From the NCBI GenBank assembly GCA_031401235.1, contig JANNRJ010000004.1, positions 3,311 to 67,310 of the forward strand: DNA of 64,000 nucleotides, given 5' to 3'. Positions within the stretch are counted from its first letter, which is position 1. Each line of letters opens with the position of its first letter. Shown one piece after another: positions 37,355 to 46,521 of this stretch. The stretch comes from Actinomycetota bacterium (lineage in GTDB: Bacteria; Actinomycetota; Acidimicrobiia; Acidimicrobiales; Ilumatobacteraceae). Both the position numbers and the translations under genes were made by a program. Under the pieces are notes generated by a model. That model was given only the letters and a program-made list of their open reading frames with translations. It was not told the origin of the DNA and ran no database searches.

Positions 37355-38787
37355 CGGGAAGCCCATTTCGGCAATTGCCGAGCATTGGTTTACGAAATCG
37401 GATTCTGATTACATTTGGCGCAGGCGCACTCATTCTGTCGATAATTCTTGCATTCACCACTTACGGGATCACTAAATCAAATCTTGTCAAGCAACGTGAA
37501 ACCGCAGGCATCAGCCAGGCCTATATCAATGCCCGCCGAGTTCAGCGCGATTTAAACATCGATCCAACGAGTGTCAACGAGACTCTTGCTCAACTTGGAT
37601 CACCGGAACGTCTGTTGTTGTATCGCAATGTCTGGGGCACGACAAGTCCACTTTTTGGCCCCAACCAGATTCCCCCGCCACTGCAAACTCGTGTGATCGA
37701 TGATCATGCGGCGAGCCGAATGATCATTAATTACCGCGGATCCAGCGCTTTGATCATCGGGATTCCACTTCCACAGATTCACGCTTCCTACTTTGAACTG
37801 AATAGTCTCTCAGAAGTCTCAAGTACCTTGCGCAGTGTCCGCTTGGCATTACTGCTATCAACCATCTTCACCACGATTGTGGGAATAAGTCTCGGTGCTA
37901 TTGCTTCGCGCCGGGTCGTGCGACCACTTGCTGATGCTGCCCTTGCTGCCCGAGCCATTGCCGATGGTCGACTCGATACTCGGCTCGGACAAACCGACGA
38001 TCCTGATCTGCAAGTGCTGACGAACGCGTTTAATGACATGGTCTCAACTCTTCAACTGCGGGTCGAACGGGATGCACGGTTCACGTCCGATGTGAGTCAC
38101 GAGTTGCGATCACCACTGATGACGCTGTCTGCCTCAGCCGAGGTCATGCTGGCGCGACGAGATGAACTTCCCGAACGATCGAAAGTTGCCCTTGATTTGC
38201 TCGTTGGAGATGTGATCCGGTTTCAAGGTTTGGTGGAAGACCTATTGGAAATTTCGCGGTTTGATGCCGGGGCCATCCGATTACTAAAGGAAAATCTCTC
38301 GCTGAATGAATTTGTTCGTCAGGCGGTTTCCGTCAGCAGTCTTCCCACAACCGACATATTTTGTGACCCTGAACTTGACGAAGTAGTCATCCGCGGTGAC
38401 CGCCGTCGACTGGCCCGTGTGATTGCCAACCTCATTGACAACGCTCGGCTTCACAGTGGTGGAAAAGCGAGCATAATTATTTCTCGAGCTGGTTCTGGAA
38501 CTGATCTTGAACAATCGATTACTAATGCGTGGATCATCGTCCAAGATGACGGGGAAGGACTCATCGAGGGCGAACTTGAGATCATTTTTGAACGATTTTC
38601 GAGAGGCGGCGCGGCAGGACGGCGCAGCGCCTCCGAAGGCGCGGGTCTTGGACTTGCGCTAGCCCGAGAACACGTCATTTTGCACGGCGGTCGCATTTGG
38701 GCCGAACATAGAAGCGACGGAATTACCGGCGCTCGCTTCATTGTTGAGTTACCAATTGAATCACGCTTCAAAGAAGTCACCTCATGA
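37351..38787 (+). CDS. mtrB: sensor histidine kinase (MtrB-like)
   Basis: Two TM helices, a HAMP region, H-box SDVSHELRSPL and an ATPase domain with DDGEG / GAGLGLA. 4-nt overlap with the regulator. Confidence 0.7.
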   Translation: MTGSPFRQLPSIGLRNRILITFGAGALILSIILAFTTYGITKSNLVKQRETAGISQAYINARRVQRDLNIDPTSVNETLAQLGSPERLLLYRNVWGTTSPLFGPNQIPPPLQTRVIDDHAASRMIINYRGSSALIIGIPLPQIHASYFELNSLSEVSSTLRSVRLALLLSTIFTTIVGISLGAIASRRVVRPLADAALAARAIADGRLDTRLGQTDDPDLQVLTNAFNDMVSTLQLRVERDARFTSDVSHELRSPLMTLSASAEVMLARRDELPERSKVALDLLVGDVIRFQGLVEDLLEISRFDAGAIRLLKENLSLNEFVRQAVSVSSLPTTDIFCDPELDEVVIRGDRRRLARVIANLIDNARLHSGGKASIIISRAGSGTDLEQSITNAWIIVQDDGEGLIEGELEIIFERFSRGGAAGRRSASEGAGLGLALAREHVILHGGRIWAEHRSDGITGARFIVELPIESRFKEVTS

Positions 38788-38945
38788 ATTCACGTCGTAT
38801 TGCAATTGTTGTTATCACGTGTGTCGCTGTTAGTGCGTGTGGAATCTCACCGGATCTTCGCCCCCGCGACATCGATCCTGCAAAACAAGAACTTCTATTG
38901 TCGCCAACTACTTCCAACTCGACGACTGTTACGAGCAACCCGTAG
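38784..38945 (+). CDS. putative 53-aa lipoprotein (below the ORF-track length cutoff)
   Basis: The ATG at 38784 forms an ATGA overlap with the kinase stop. Translation is MNSRRIAIVVITCVAVSACGISPDLRPRDIDPAKQELLLSPTTSNSTTVTSNP. It has a basic n-region, a hydrophobic core and lipobox V-S-A-C. It occupies the position where LpqB follows MtrB in other actinobacteria. Confidence 0.4.
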   Translation: MNSRRIAIVVITCVAVSACGISPDLRPRDIDPAKQELLLSPTTSNSTTVTSNP

Positions 38946-38964
38946 ACGACTAGATTTCACTTCA

Positions 38965-40428
38965 ATGGGTGTAGTCATTGCGATCGATGCCGGAACCACC
39001 GGCGTGCGCTCACGCGCCATATTTTCAGATGGCCGTTCCCCGATCTCGTCGTATCGGGAGTTCACCCAATTTTTTCCCAAACCTGGCTGGGTTGAACACG
39101 ACGCATCGGAAATTTGGTCGGTAGTCGCCGAAACACTACGAGATGTCATCGGACAAGTATTCGAACCAATTGCCGCCATTGGCGTTACTAATCAACGAGA
39201 GACAATTGTTGCCTGGAACCGCCTCACCGGAATCCCATACCATCGAGCGATCGTTTGGCAAGACCGTCGGACCGCTCAACGTTGTGAGCAGCTCAAGGAT
39301 TTGTTACCGATGGTTCGACAACGAACTGGGCTAGTCCTGGACCCATATTTTTCAGGATCTAAAGCGGAATGGTTGCTCACATCTGGAAATGTTCCGGTCG
39401 GCGCTGAACTTGCACTGGGCACGATTGATTCGTGGATCGTTTGGAATTTGACTGCTGGGGCAAGTTTTGTCACCGACGCCTCGAATGCTTCGCGAACCAT
39501 GCTCTTTGATATCAACACAATGAATTGGGACAACGAACTCTGCGACATATTCAAAGTTCCATCGGCGGCCCTACCAACCGTGGTCGCATCAAGCGGTCGA
39601 TGTGGTGTAACAGCGGCAATTTCTGGGATTCCATCTGGAATTCCGATTTCCGGCATCGCCGGGGATCAACAAGCGGCATTGTTCGGTCAAGCATGTTTCA
39701 GTCTTGGAAGTGCCAAAAATTCTTATGGAACAGGAAGTTTCGTGCTGATGAATGTGGGACATACTTGTCCACCCATTCGAGAGGGCTTGCTCACCACGGT
39801 GGCGTGGGTGCTTGGCGACGGCACACCAACGTACGCACTTGAAGGCGCAATCTTTGTCACGGGTGCGGCCATTCAATGGTTACGCGATGGCCTCAATATC
39901 ATTGATAACGCCGCCGAGATCGGTCCACTGGCTACAAGCGTTCCTGATTCTGGGGGCGTCGTTGTCATTCCGGCATTTACTGGATTGGGAAGTCCGTGGT
40001 GGGATCCATACGCACGTGGAACCATTCTTGGCATAACTCGTGGCACCACTCGCGCTCACATTGCCCGCGCAGTCATTGAATCGATTGCCTACCAAACGCG
40101 TGATGTTGTGGCGGCCATGACCGATGCATCTGGGGTGACGATTAGCGACTTACGTGTAGACGGCGGTGCCGCAGTAATGGACTTACTTTTGCAACTTCAA
40201 GCCGACCAACTCGATGTAAATGTGTTGCGGCCGCGGGAACTCGAAGCCACCTCGATGGGGGCGGCCTACTTGGCAGGCTTAGCGGAAGGGACTTGGCCAT
40301 CCCTTGATGCCATAACTAAGTCGTGGGAGTTGGAGAAATTGTTCGTTCCAAAGGGCGCGGTGTCCGACATCGGTTACCACGACTGGACTCGAGGTGTCGA
40401 ACGTTCGCGCAACTGGGCCACTAGATAA
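38965..40428 (+). CDS. glpK: glycerol kinase
   Basis: The ATG at 38965 gives MGVVIAIDAGTTGVRS..., the FGGY N-terminus, with GWVEHDA and NQRETIVAWN. The 55-codon extension in the track ORF is Arg/Leu-rich and overlaps the small lipoprotein ORF. Confidence 0.93.
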   Translation: MGVVIAIDAGTTGVRSRAIFSDGRSPISSYREFTQFFPKPGWVEHDASEIWSVVAETLRDVIGQVFEPIAAIGVTNQRETIVAWNRLTGIPYHRAIVWQDRRTAQRCEQLKDLLPMVRQRTGLVLDPYFSGSKAEWLLTSGNVPVGAELALGTIDSWIVWNLTAGASFVTDASNASRTMLFDINTMNWDNELCDIFKVPSAALPTVVASSGRCGVTAAISGIPSGIPISGIAGDQQAALFGQACFSLGSAKNSYGTGSFVLMNVGHTCPPIREGLLTTVAWVLGDGTPTYALEGAIFVTGAAIQWLRDGLNIIDNAAEIGPLATSVPDSGGVVVIPAFTGLGSPWWDPYARGTILGITRGTTRAHIARAVIESIAYQTRDVVAAMTDASGVTISDLRVDGGAAVMDLLLQLQADQLDVNVLRPRELEATSMGAAYLAGLAEGTWPSLDAITKSWELEKLFVPKGAVSDIGYHDWTRGVERSRNWATR

Positions 40429-41869
40429 ATAGTTGGGCAATTTTTGGAGCGATCACTTCGGCCAGCATCACGACCGGCAAATGCGTATTGGCTCGCGGCA
40501 GCTCGGGCATGATTGACGCGTCGCAAACCCACAATTTCTGGCAACCAATGACTCGTCCCGAAGAGTCGACCACGGTCATCGGATTATTCGTCGGCCCCAT
40601 CCGACAAGTGCCCGAGGCATGATAATAACTTCCAACGTGAAATCTCATCCAACTATCAAGTTCGGAATCGTTCATATCCAAAAGTGACTCGGCCGGAGTT
40701 TCAATGTCGTCACAAAAGACCCCGTGTGTTCGACTTTGCACCCATGGACTTTGGGCGAGATTGAGTAGAAATGATAATGCTTCGCGCATTCGTTGCAGGT
40801 CCGCCGACGAACTCAACACATTGAAGTCCACCGATGGAAAAATTGCCGGGTCGTTGCTGGTCGTAGAAACCGTGCCACGAGACTGCACTTGCATTAGCGC
40901 AACATTTAAGACAGCTAGTGACGAATCGTTACCGGCTCGATTGATTGGAAGCACCTGAATGTCGCCACTGGATTGACTAGACGATGATCGAAGGAGAGTA
41001 CTGGTGGCGGTACTGCTGGACACCACCTCATTCACGGCAAATGAAAGCGCCACGGCTACATGATCGCTCAATCCCATACCAATTCCAGGCAATTGAACGT
41101 TGCTTCGCCGAAGTACAGCAGGAGAGTGAATTGTTCCGGCACACACTATTACTGCTTGGGCATCAATTAGTTCGCCATTGTCAAGTTGGACGCCGCTTGC
41201 AGTGACGCCATCGAAAACAATTTTGTTAACTTTGGAATTGGTGCGCAATGAAAAATTGGCACGCCCGCGGGCCGTCTCCAGATATGCATCACTCACTGAA
41301 TCGCGACGCCCTTCGGCAATTGTCAAATGGGCGCTGCCGAATCCATCCACCGAAGTACGGCTCACATCGGAAATAAACGTCACACCCCGATCATTTGCCG
41401 CACCTGCTAGCAGGTGATCTGCCGTACCCCAACCATGGGTAGGCATCTGGTACAGCGAAATAGGCAATGCTCGAAATACGTGACCTACATCGGCCCATGA
41501 CCAACCCGCACATCCGTGGACACGTTCCCACGAGTTGTAATCATCGGGATGTCCCCACATGCCGATCAGACCATTTATCTTCGAGCTTCCGCCTACCCCA
41601 CGTCCCAATAAGTACGGCACAACCCCCTGCTCGGCAGTTCTGGTGACACGGACATCGTGAAAGAAGCTGTCAATTACTTTTAGGGAATTGAGATAATCAA
41701 CTCCGGCAATTCGTGGGTCGCGTGTCGACTCCAGATCATCGCCTCCTGCCTCGAGCAACAAAATATTGAGAGCTGGGTTTTCCGACAGTCGCGAAGCAAT
41801 GACCGCACCGGATGTCCCCGCACCGATGACGACTATTGGCAGTGACGACACCCTGCCATCATGCCTCAA
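40421..41869 (-). CDS. GMC family FAD-dependent oxidoreductase
   Basis: 482 aa. VVIGAGTSGAVIASRLSE dinucleotide fold, GGSSKINGL, and a C-terminal GMC signature region (HASGTCRMG). TTG start at 41869, or GTG at 41851. Confidence 0.85.
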   Translation of the reverse strand: MRHDGRVSSLPIVVIGAGTSGAVIASRLSENPALNILLLEAGGDDLESTRDPRIAGVDYLNSLKVIDSFFHDVRVTRTAEQGVVPYLLGRGVGGSSKINGLIGMWGHPDDYNSWERVHGCAGWSWADVGHVFRALPISLYQMPTHGWGTADHLLAGAANDRGVTFISDVSRTSVDGFGSAHLTIAEGRRDSVSDAYLETARGRANFSLRTNSKVNKIVFDGVTASGVQLDNGELIDAQAVIVCAGTIHSPAVLRRSNVQLPGIGMGLSDHVAVALSFAVNEVVSSSTATSTLLRSSSSQSSGDIQVLPINRAGNDSSLAVLNVALMQVQSRGTVSTTSNDPAIFPSVDFNVLSSSADLQRMREALSFLLNLAQSPWVQSRTHGVFCDDIETPAESLLDMNDSELDSWMRFHVGSYYHASGTCRMGPTNNPMTVVDSSGRVIGCQKLWVCDASIMPELPRANTHLPVVMLAEVIAPKIAQLFI

Positions 41870-42537
41870 TCAGGAATCATGACCGGATCTGTGATAGTGG
41901 CTGAGGGCAAACCTCGCAAATGGGCAATGTCGTTATAGCGCAGCAAAGCCCAATGGTCGCTTCGAATCTCAGCAAATTCGGTGAGCGAACAATTTTTGGT
42001 TCGAATCTCAAATTTGCCGGTTGGTGGAGTGCCAAGGGTGCGACGCAGCACCGCATCTACTACCCCGCCGTGACACGCCACCACAATCGTCTTACCGACA
42101 TGGTTGCGAGCGAGTGCCTCAAAGGACGCTCCCACCCGGGAATGAAATGCGGCAATGGTTTCACCACCTGGAAAGAACTCGGCATTTGGATCCGCACCCC
42201 AATCGGGACGACCATGTCGTCGAACAAATTCGTCGTAGGTCAATCCGTCACATTCTGGACCCGGATCGTGCTCGCCGAATCCAGCATCTATCGTGATCGC
42301 CATGCCATCAAACGCGTCTCGCAAAATCTCCGCAGTTTCGAGGGCACGAGGATAGGCGCTTGAATAGAGATAGTCGGCCCCAATTTCGGTGGTTTCGTTA
42401 AGGCGATCTCGAAGTCGCTGTGCTTGCAAACGGCCCAATTCAGATAACCCCGTGCAGGATCGCGGTCCGCCCAATATTTTGTTTACGGTGACTTGCGATT
42501 CACCGTGGCGAACCAGCACCACGCGTGTCAACGTCAT
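41866..42537 (-). CDS. histidine phosphatase family protein (phosphoglycerate-mutase-like)
   Basis: The ATG at 42537 forms an ATGA overlap with the upstream stop and gives MTLTRVVLVRHGES, the RHG catalytic motif. A later CHGG motif is also present. Confidence 0.8.
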   Translation of the reverse strand: MTLTRVVLVRHGESQVTVNKILGGPRSCTGLSELGRLQAQRLRDRLNETTEIGADYLYSSAYPRALETAEILRDAFDGMAITIDAGFGEHDPGPECDGLTYDEFVRRHGRPDWGADPNAEFFPGGETIAAFHSRVGASFEALARNHVGKTIVVACHGGVVDAVLRRTLGTPPTGKFEIRTKNCSLTEFAEIRSDHWALLRYNDIAHLRGLPSATITDPVMIPD

Positions 42538-43979
42538 GCAAGTTTCTCGACAAAACTCTCGAGTTGGCGCAAATTGCGACACTCATATACACCGTCGGTA
42601 AATGCACCGTATTCACCAACTATGGAATCACCGGTATCCCAATAGGAACGAGGTTCGGGATTCAACCAATACACATGTCTGGCCCGTTTTTTCATTTCCT
42701 TGACAACCCAAGATTGTGGAGCATGGTAATTATTCCGCGCATCGCCTAATAGCAACACTGTCGTTTTGGACGAAATGTCTTTGCCGTAGCGCTCCCAAAA
42801 CACATCGAAAGCGTGGCCATAATCGCTATGACCATCGACCCATACCACGTCTGCTTCTGTATTAACCCGGTGAATTGCTTCAGCTATATCTTCGGTGGCT
42901 TTAAAATACGAAGTTACTTCGTCGACACCATCGATAAAAACAAACGACCTCACTTTGGAAAACTGCCCTTGAATGGCGTAAACGAGCATCAGCGTAAACC
43001 GGGCAAAGGCGGCCACACTGCCAGAAATATCGGCGACAACCATGAGTTCTGGTTTTGCCGGTCGTGGGTACCTGAATTTTGGATCGGCAGGTACACCGCC
43101 ATAACCCATGGAGTGTCGAATCGTGTTGCGAAAATCGAGCGGTCCTTTTCTTCCATGGCGGCGCTTGCGAGTCAAACGCGCGGCCAATTTGCGAGTTAAT
43201 GGATACAACGCTTTTTTCAAACTCTGCATCTCTTCACGGCTGGCGTGCATGAATTCGACGTCTTCCGGCAAAGGTTTACGAAGTGTCTTGGCCATTGCTT
43301 CAGCGCCACGATCCGCGACGAGCCTGCGACGAATTTCCGCTTCTACTTCTTGTTTGAATTTTTCGATTCTGGACTGGTACTCATCCTTTTCCAAACGCTC
43401 TTCAAGTTTGGTGAGTTCCTGTTGAGCAAGATCGCGATTTGCTTGCAAAAGTTTTTCTAGCATGTTGTCAAGATCAAGATTGCGCAACGTTCGGTACAGG
43501 TAGTAAGTGCCACCAACAGGACGACCAGGCTCCATACCGGCAAATCGCTGCACGGATTGTCGGGCAAGAGCCCGCATCATGGCTTGATCGCCATTCATCA
43601 ACGCTTTCATCAACATCGCTGCAATTTCTTCGGGTGTCAGCGAATCCATGCCTCCTCCGGCAGAACCCTTGCCTTCACCCTGGCGTTGTTGCTCTTGTGC
43701 TTGACGCCAAAGATCTTCTTCCGTGGCATTGGGATCATCCGAGATGTTGTACTCAGGGCCGCGCAACGAAAAATACACCTCAAAAATGGTTTCAAAGGCT
43801 CGCCAATGCGAATTACTCTTCACCAAAGTCGCACCAAGCGCGTATTTGAAGGCCTGCCGATCCTCGATCGGAATTTCTTTGACAGCCTCCATCGCATCCA
43901 AATTCTCGGTGAGACTTACCGGCAATCCGGCGTTGCGCAACTCAACGATAAAACCCGACAGCAAGTCGAGTACGGCCAT
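42534..43979 (-). CDS. VWA domain protein, CoxE-like
   Basis: 481 aa. N-terminal LRNAGLPVSLTE..., a central coiled-coil/basic region, and a C-terminal VWA with MIDAS-like VVADISGSV and LLGDARNN. Confidence 0.75.
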   Translation of the reverse strand: MAVLDLLSGFIVELRNAGLPVSLTENLDAMEAVKEIPIEDRQAFKYALGATLVKSNSHWRAFETIFEVYFSLRGPEYNISDDPNATEEDLWRQAQEQQRQGEGKGSAGGGMDSLTPEEIAAMLMKALMNGDQAMMRALARQSVQRFAGMEPGRPVGGTYYLYRTLRNLDLDNMLEKLLQANRDLAQQELTKLEERLEKDEYQSRIEKFKQEVEAEIRRRLVADRGAEAMAKTLRKPLPEDVEFMHASREEMQSLKKALYPLTRKLAARLTRKRRHGRKGPLDFRNTIRHSMGYGGVPADPKFRYPRPAKPELMVVADISGSVAAFARFTLMLVYAIQGQFSKVRSFVFIDGVDEVTSYFKATEDIAEAIHRVNTEADVVWVDGHSDYGHAFDVFWERYGKDISSKTTVLLLGDARNNYHAPQSWVVKEMKKRARHVYWLNPEPRSYWDTGDSIVGEYGAFTDGVYECRNLRQLESFVEKLA

Positions 43980-43988
43980 GGCGTTAGC

Positions 43989-44855
43989 TCACTTGTCGAC
44001 CGACAATTCCTTGGCCGCTTTGGCAATGTCGGTCTGGTACTTGAGCAGTACGTGGAGGGTGTCTTTTGCTTCCTGGGCGTCAATATGTTCGATTCCTAAC
44101 AACATGAGTGTTCGTGCCCAGTCCAGTGTTTCACTCACCGATGGGGCCTTTTTCAAATCCAGCTGTCGGATGCTACGGACAATGCGAGCGATTTGATCAG
44201 CAAGATTTTGGGAAATATCAGGAACCTTGGTCAAGACAATTTCCTTTTCCCGTTCCAAATCCGGGTAGTCGACATGCAGATACAAACAGCGCCGCTTTAA
44301 TGCTTCGGACAATTCGCGAGTGTTGTTGGACGTTAGAAACACCATCGGAATTTGCTTGGCGACGATCGTGCCAAGTTCAGGAATTGACACCTGATATTCG
44401 GAGAGTACTTCGAGCAACAAGGCCTCGGTTTCAACTTCGACACGGTCGACCTCGTCGATCAAAAGGACAACCGGTTCCGTGCTGCTTATCGCTTCCAACA
44501 ATGGTCGTGTGAGCAAAAACTCTTCACTGAAAATGTCATCGTGAACATCTGACCAAGCGTCACTATTCTTATCTGCTTGAATACGAAGAAGTTGCTTCTT
44601 GTAATTCCACTCATATAGTGCTTTCGATTCATCAAGACCCTCATAGCACTGCAAGCGAATCAGGCGGGAGCCTGTTAGTTCGGCGACACTCTTGGCCAGC
44701 TGGGTTTTTCCCGTTCCCGCCGGACCTTCAATGAGCACCGGCTTGCCCAATCTCTGGGCGAGAAACACGACGCCAGCAATTCCCTCATCGGCTAGATAAT
44801 TGACTGCCTTTAGGCCATCGCGAACAGTTTGCACAGACTCGAAGCGTGTTCCCAT
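43989..44855 (-). CDS. MoxR-like AAA+ ATPase (CoxD-like)
   Basis: Walker A GPAGTGKT and Walker B LLIDEVD. The ATG at 44855 gives a 288-aa protein typical of the family. The track start at 45119 would overlap divergent murJ. Confidence 0.85.
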   Translation of the reverse strand: MGTRFESVQTVRDGLKAVNYLADEGIAGVVFLAQRLGKPVLIEGPAGTGKTQLAKSVAELTGSRLIRLQCYEGLDESKALYEWNYKKQLLRIQADKNSDAWSDVHDDIFSEEFLLTRPLLEAISSTEPVVLLIDEVDRVEVETEALLLEVLSEYQVSIPELGTIVAKQIPMVFLTSNNTRELSEALKRRCLYLHVDYPDLEREKEIVLTKVPDISQNLADQIARIVRSIRQLDLKKAPSVSETLDWARTLMLLGIEHIDAQEAKDTLHVLLKYQTDIAKAAKELSVDK

Positions 44856-44913
44856 CGGTGCAACTCTAGCGTTTGATGTGGCATTGATATCTACTGAACA
44901 GCGTACGATAGTG

Positions 44914-46521
44914 ATGAACATGACCGAGTCCCGTTCATCACTACAACCTGAGTCCGGCTTGATGCGATCCAACTTCACTGTTGCAACTGGAACTGCAATG
45001 TCGCGTTTGACGGGACTTATTCGCATTGTCATTTTCGGCATAGTGATTGGCCAAACTGCTCTCGCCGACGCGTTCGACGCGGCCAATAACGCACCGAATG
45101 CGGTGTACGAACTGCTCATCGGTGGAGTACTTTCAGCGAGTCTCGTACCACTATTTATTCGATATCTGGAAGACGAAGATTATGAAGCGAGTGAATCGAT
45201 AATCAGCGTCACGCTGGTAATTCTCGTGCTCTGCACGGCAATCGCAATGTTGGCCGCACCGTTCATCTTTCACCTCTTTTCGTTGAATCCGGCCTCAAAT
45301 GTTGACCTCGAGCAATTTCGACGCGCCGGAACCTTGCTTGCCCGCATTTTTCTCGTGCAAATCTTTTTCTATGGTGCAAGCGCACTTGCAGCCGCCGTAC
45401 TTAATGCTCGTCGAAGGTTTTTTGCGGCCGCATGGTCGCCCGTATTGGCCAACTGCGTGACCATTGGATTTCTTCTTCTTATTCCGCTAACAACTACCGA
45501 TTCTCCACCATCACTCCTCGATGTACTAAATCGCACTGCATTTAAGTGGTTCCTGGGACTTAGTTCAACATTGGGTGTGGTGGCCATGACGGTGTTGATG
45601 GTTGTAGCCGTGCGTCGTAGCGGAGTTGTATTTCGTTTCAGGCCTCGCTTTAGGCACCCTGCGGTTCGCCGACTCTTCACATTGTCGTTGTGGACATTTG
45701 GTTATGTGGCCGCCAATCAAGTTGCTCTTATTGTGATCAAGAACCTCGCATCTCCAGGAAGCGGAAATGTCGACGCCTACTCCAAGGCAATGATTCTTCT
45801 GCAACTTCCGCACGGATTGCTGGCGGTATCCATTGCCACTACATTCATCCCCGATCTGGCACGTTTCGCTGCCAGAAACGATTCGAATGGGTTTTCCGAG
45901 CGGATGACCCGCGGAATTCGACTGACCGCATTGCTTACATTTCCGGCCGCAGTTGGCCTCCTGGTGTTGAGCCGACCAATCATTGGGCTTGTCCTTCAGC
46001 ACGGTAATTTCACTGCGGCGGCCGGCATCAACACTGGCCGTGCACTTACCGGGTTGTCGCTTGGCCTGATCGGATTTTCGCTTTATCTTTTTGTTCTTCG
46101 GGGCTTCTACGCTCACCACGACACCCGAACACCATTCCTTATCAATCTTGGTGAGAATGCTCTAAATATTGTCTTTGCTTTCGCACTGGTCGGGCGATAC
46201 GGAGTTCTTGGTTTGGGATTGGCGTTTTCATTGGCTTATATCGTTTCGGCAGTACTTGCCATCTTTGTATTGCGTCGAAAGGTCCCAACATTTGCGCCCT
46301 TTGACGTGCTTGGTTCGCTGTGGAGTATCGGCCTTGCCTCGGGATTGATGGCGGCCATAGTGGCGATAACAACTCGCTTCATTGGGGCAAACTCAGGAAT
46401 AGGCGCACTTAGCCGAGTGACCGTCGGAATCGTTATTGGATGTCTCAGCTATTGGCTGCTTCTCAAATTATTCAAAGTTGGCGAAATTCAAGCGACGAGC
46501 ACGACCAGATCGTCGCGGTGA
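44914..46521 (+). CDS. murJ: lipid II flippase MurJ (MviN)
   Basis: N-terminus ...TAMSRLTGLIRIVIFGIVIGQTALADAFDAANNAPN, typical of MurJ. About 14 predicted TM segments. ATG at 44914 or 44920. Confidence 0.85.
   Translation: MNMTESRSSLQPESGLMRSNFTVATGTAMSRLTGLIRIVIFGIVIGQTALADAFDAANNAPNAVYELLIGGVLSASLVPLFIRYLEDEDYEASESIISVTLVILVLCTAIAMLAAPFIFHLFSLNPASNVDLEQFRRAGTLLARIFLVQIFFYGASALAAAVLNARRRFFAAAWSPVLANCVTIGFLLLIPLTTTDSPPSLLDVLNRTAFKWFLGLSSTLGVVAMTVLMVVAVRRSGVVFRFRPRFRHPAVRRLFTLSLWTFGYVAANQVALIVIKNLASPGSGNVDAYSKAMILLQLPHGLLAVSIATTFIPDLARFAARNDSNGFSERMTRGIRLTALLTFPAAVGLLVLSRPIIGLVLQHGNFTAAAGINTGRALTGLSLGLIGFSLYLFVLRGFYAHHDTRTPFLINLGENALNIVFAFALVGRYGVLGLGLAFSLAYIVSAVLAIFVLRRKVPTFAPFDVLGSLWSIGLASGLMAAIVAITTRFIGANSGIGALSRVTVGIVIGCLSYWLLLKLFKVGEIQATSTTRSSR

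Noticed and set aside
38800-38964. 55-codon N-terminal extension of glpK in the ORF track
   Set aside because: The GlpK family N-terminus begins at the ATG at 38965 (MGVVIAIDAGTTG). The extension is Arg/Leu-rich and overlaps the better-supported small lipoprotein ORF in another frame.
43557-44196. Plus-strand ORFs of 180 and 157 aa spanning the VWA/MoxR junction
   Set aside because: They are antisense to two confidently identified genes and cross the intergenic gap between them. Their composition is not protein-like.
44856-45119. 88-codon N-terminal extension of the MoxR ATPase
   Set aside because: It would overlap the divergent murJ start by about 200 nt. The MoxR family typically begins about 35 residues before Walker A, which matches the ATG at 44855.
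45565-46119. 184-aa minus-strand ORF inside murJ
   Set aside because: It is a shadow of the MurJ membrane-protein frame. It is basic and Cys-rich, with no motifs.
46488-46521. 34-nt convergent overlap of the murJ and proB 3' ends, and the 8-nt glpK/GMC overlap at 40421-40428
   Set aside because: This is probably just compaction in a streamlined genome. I saw no hairpin or other signal in the overlaps.
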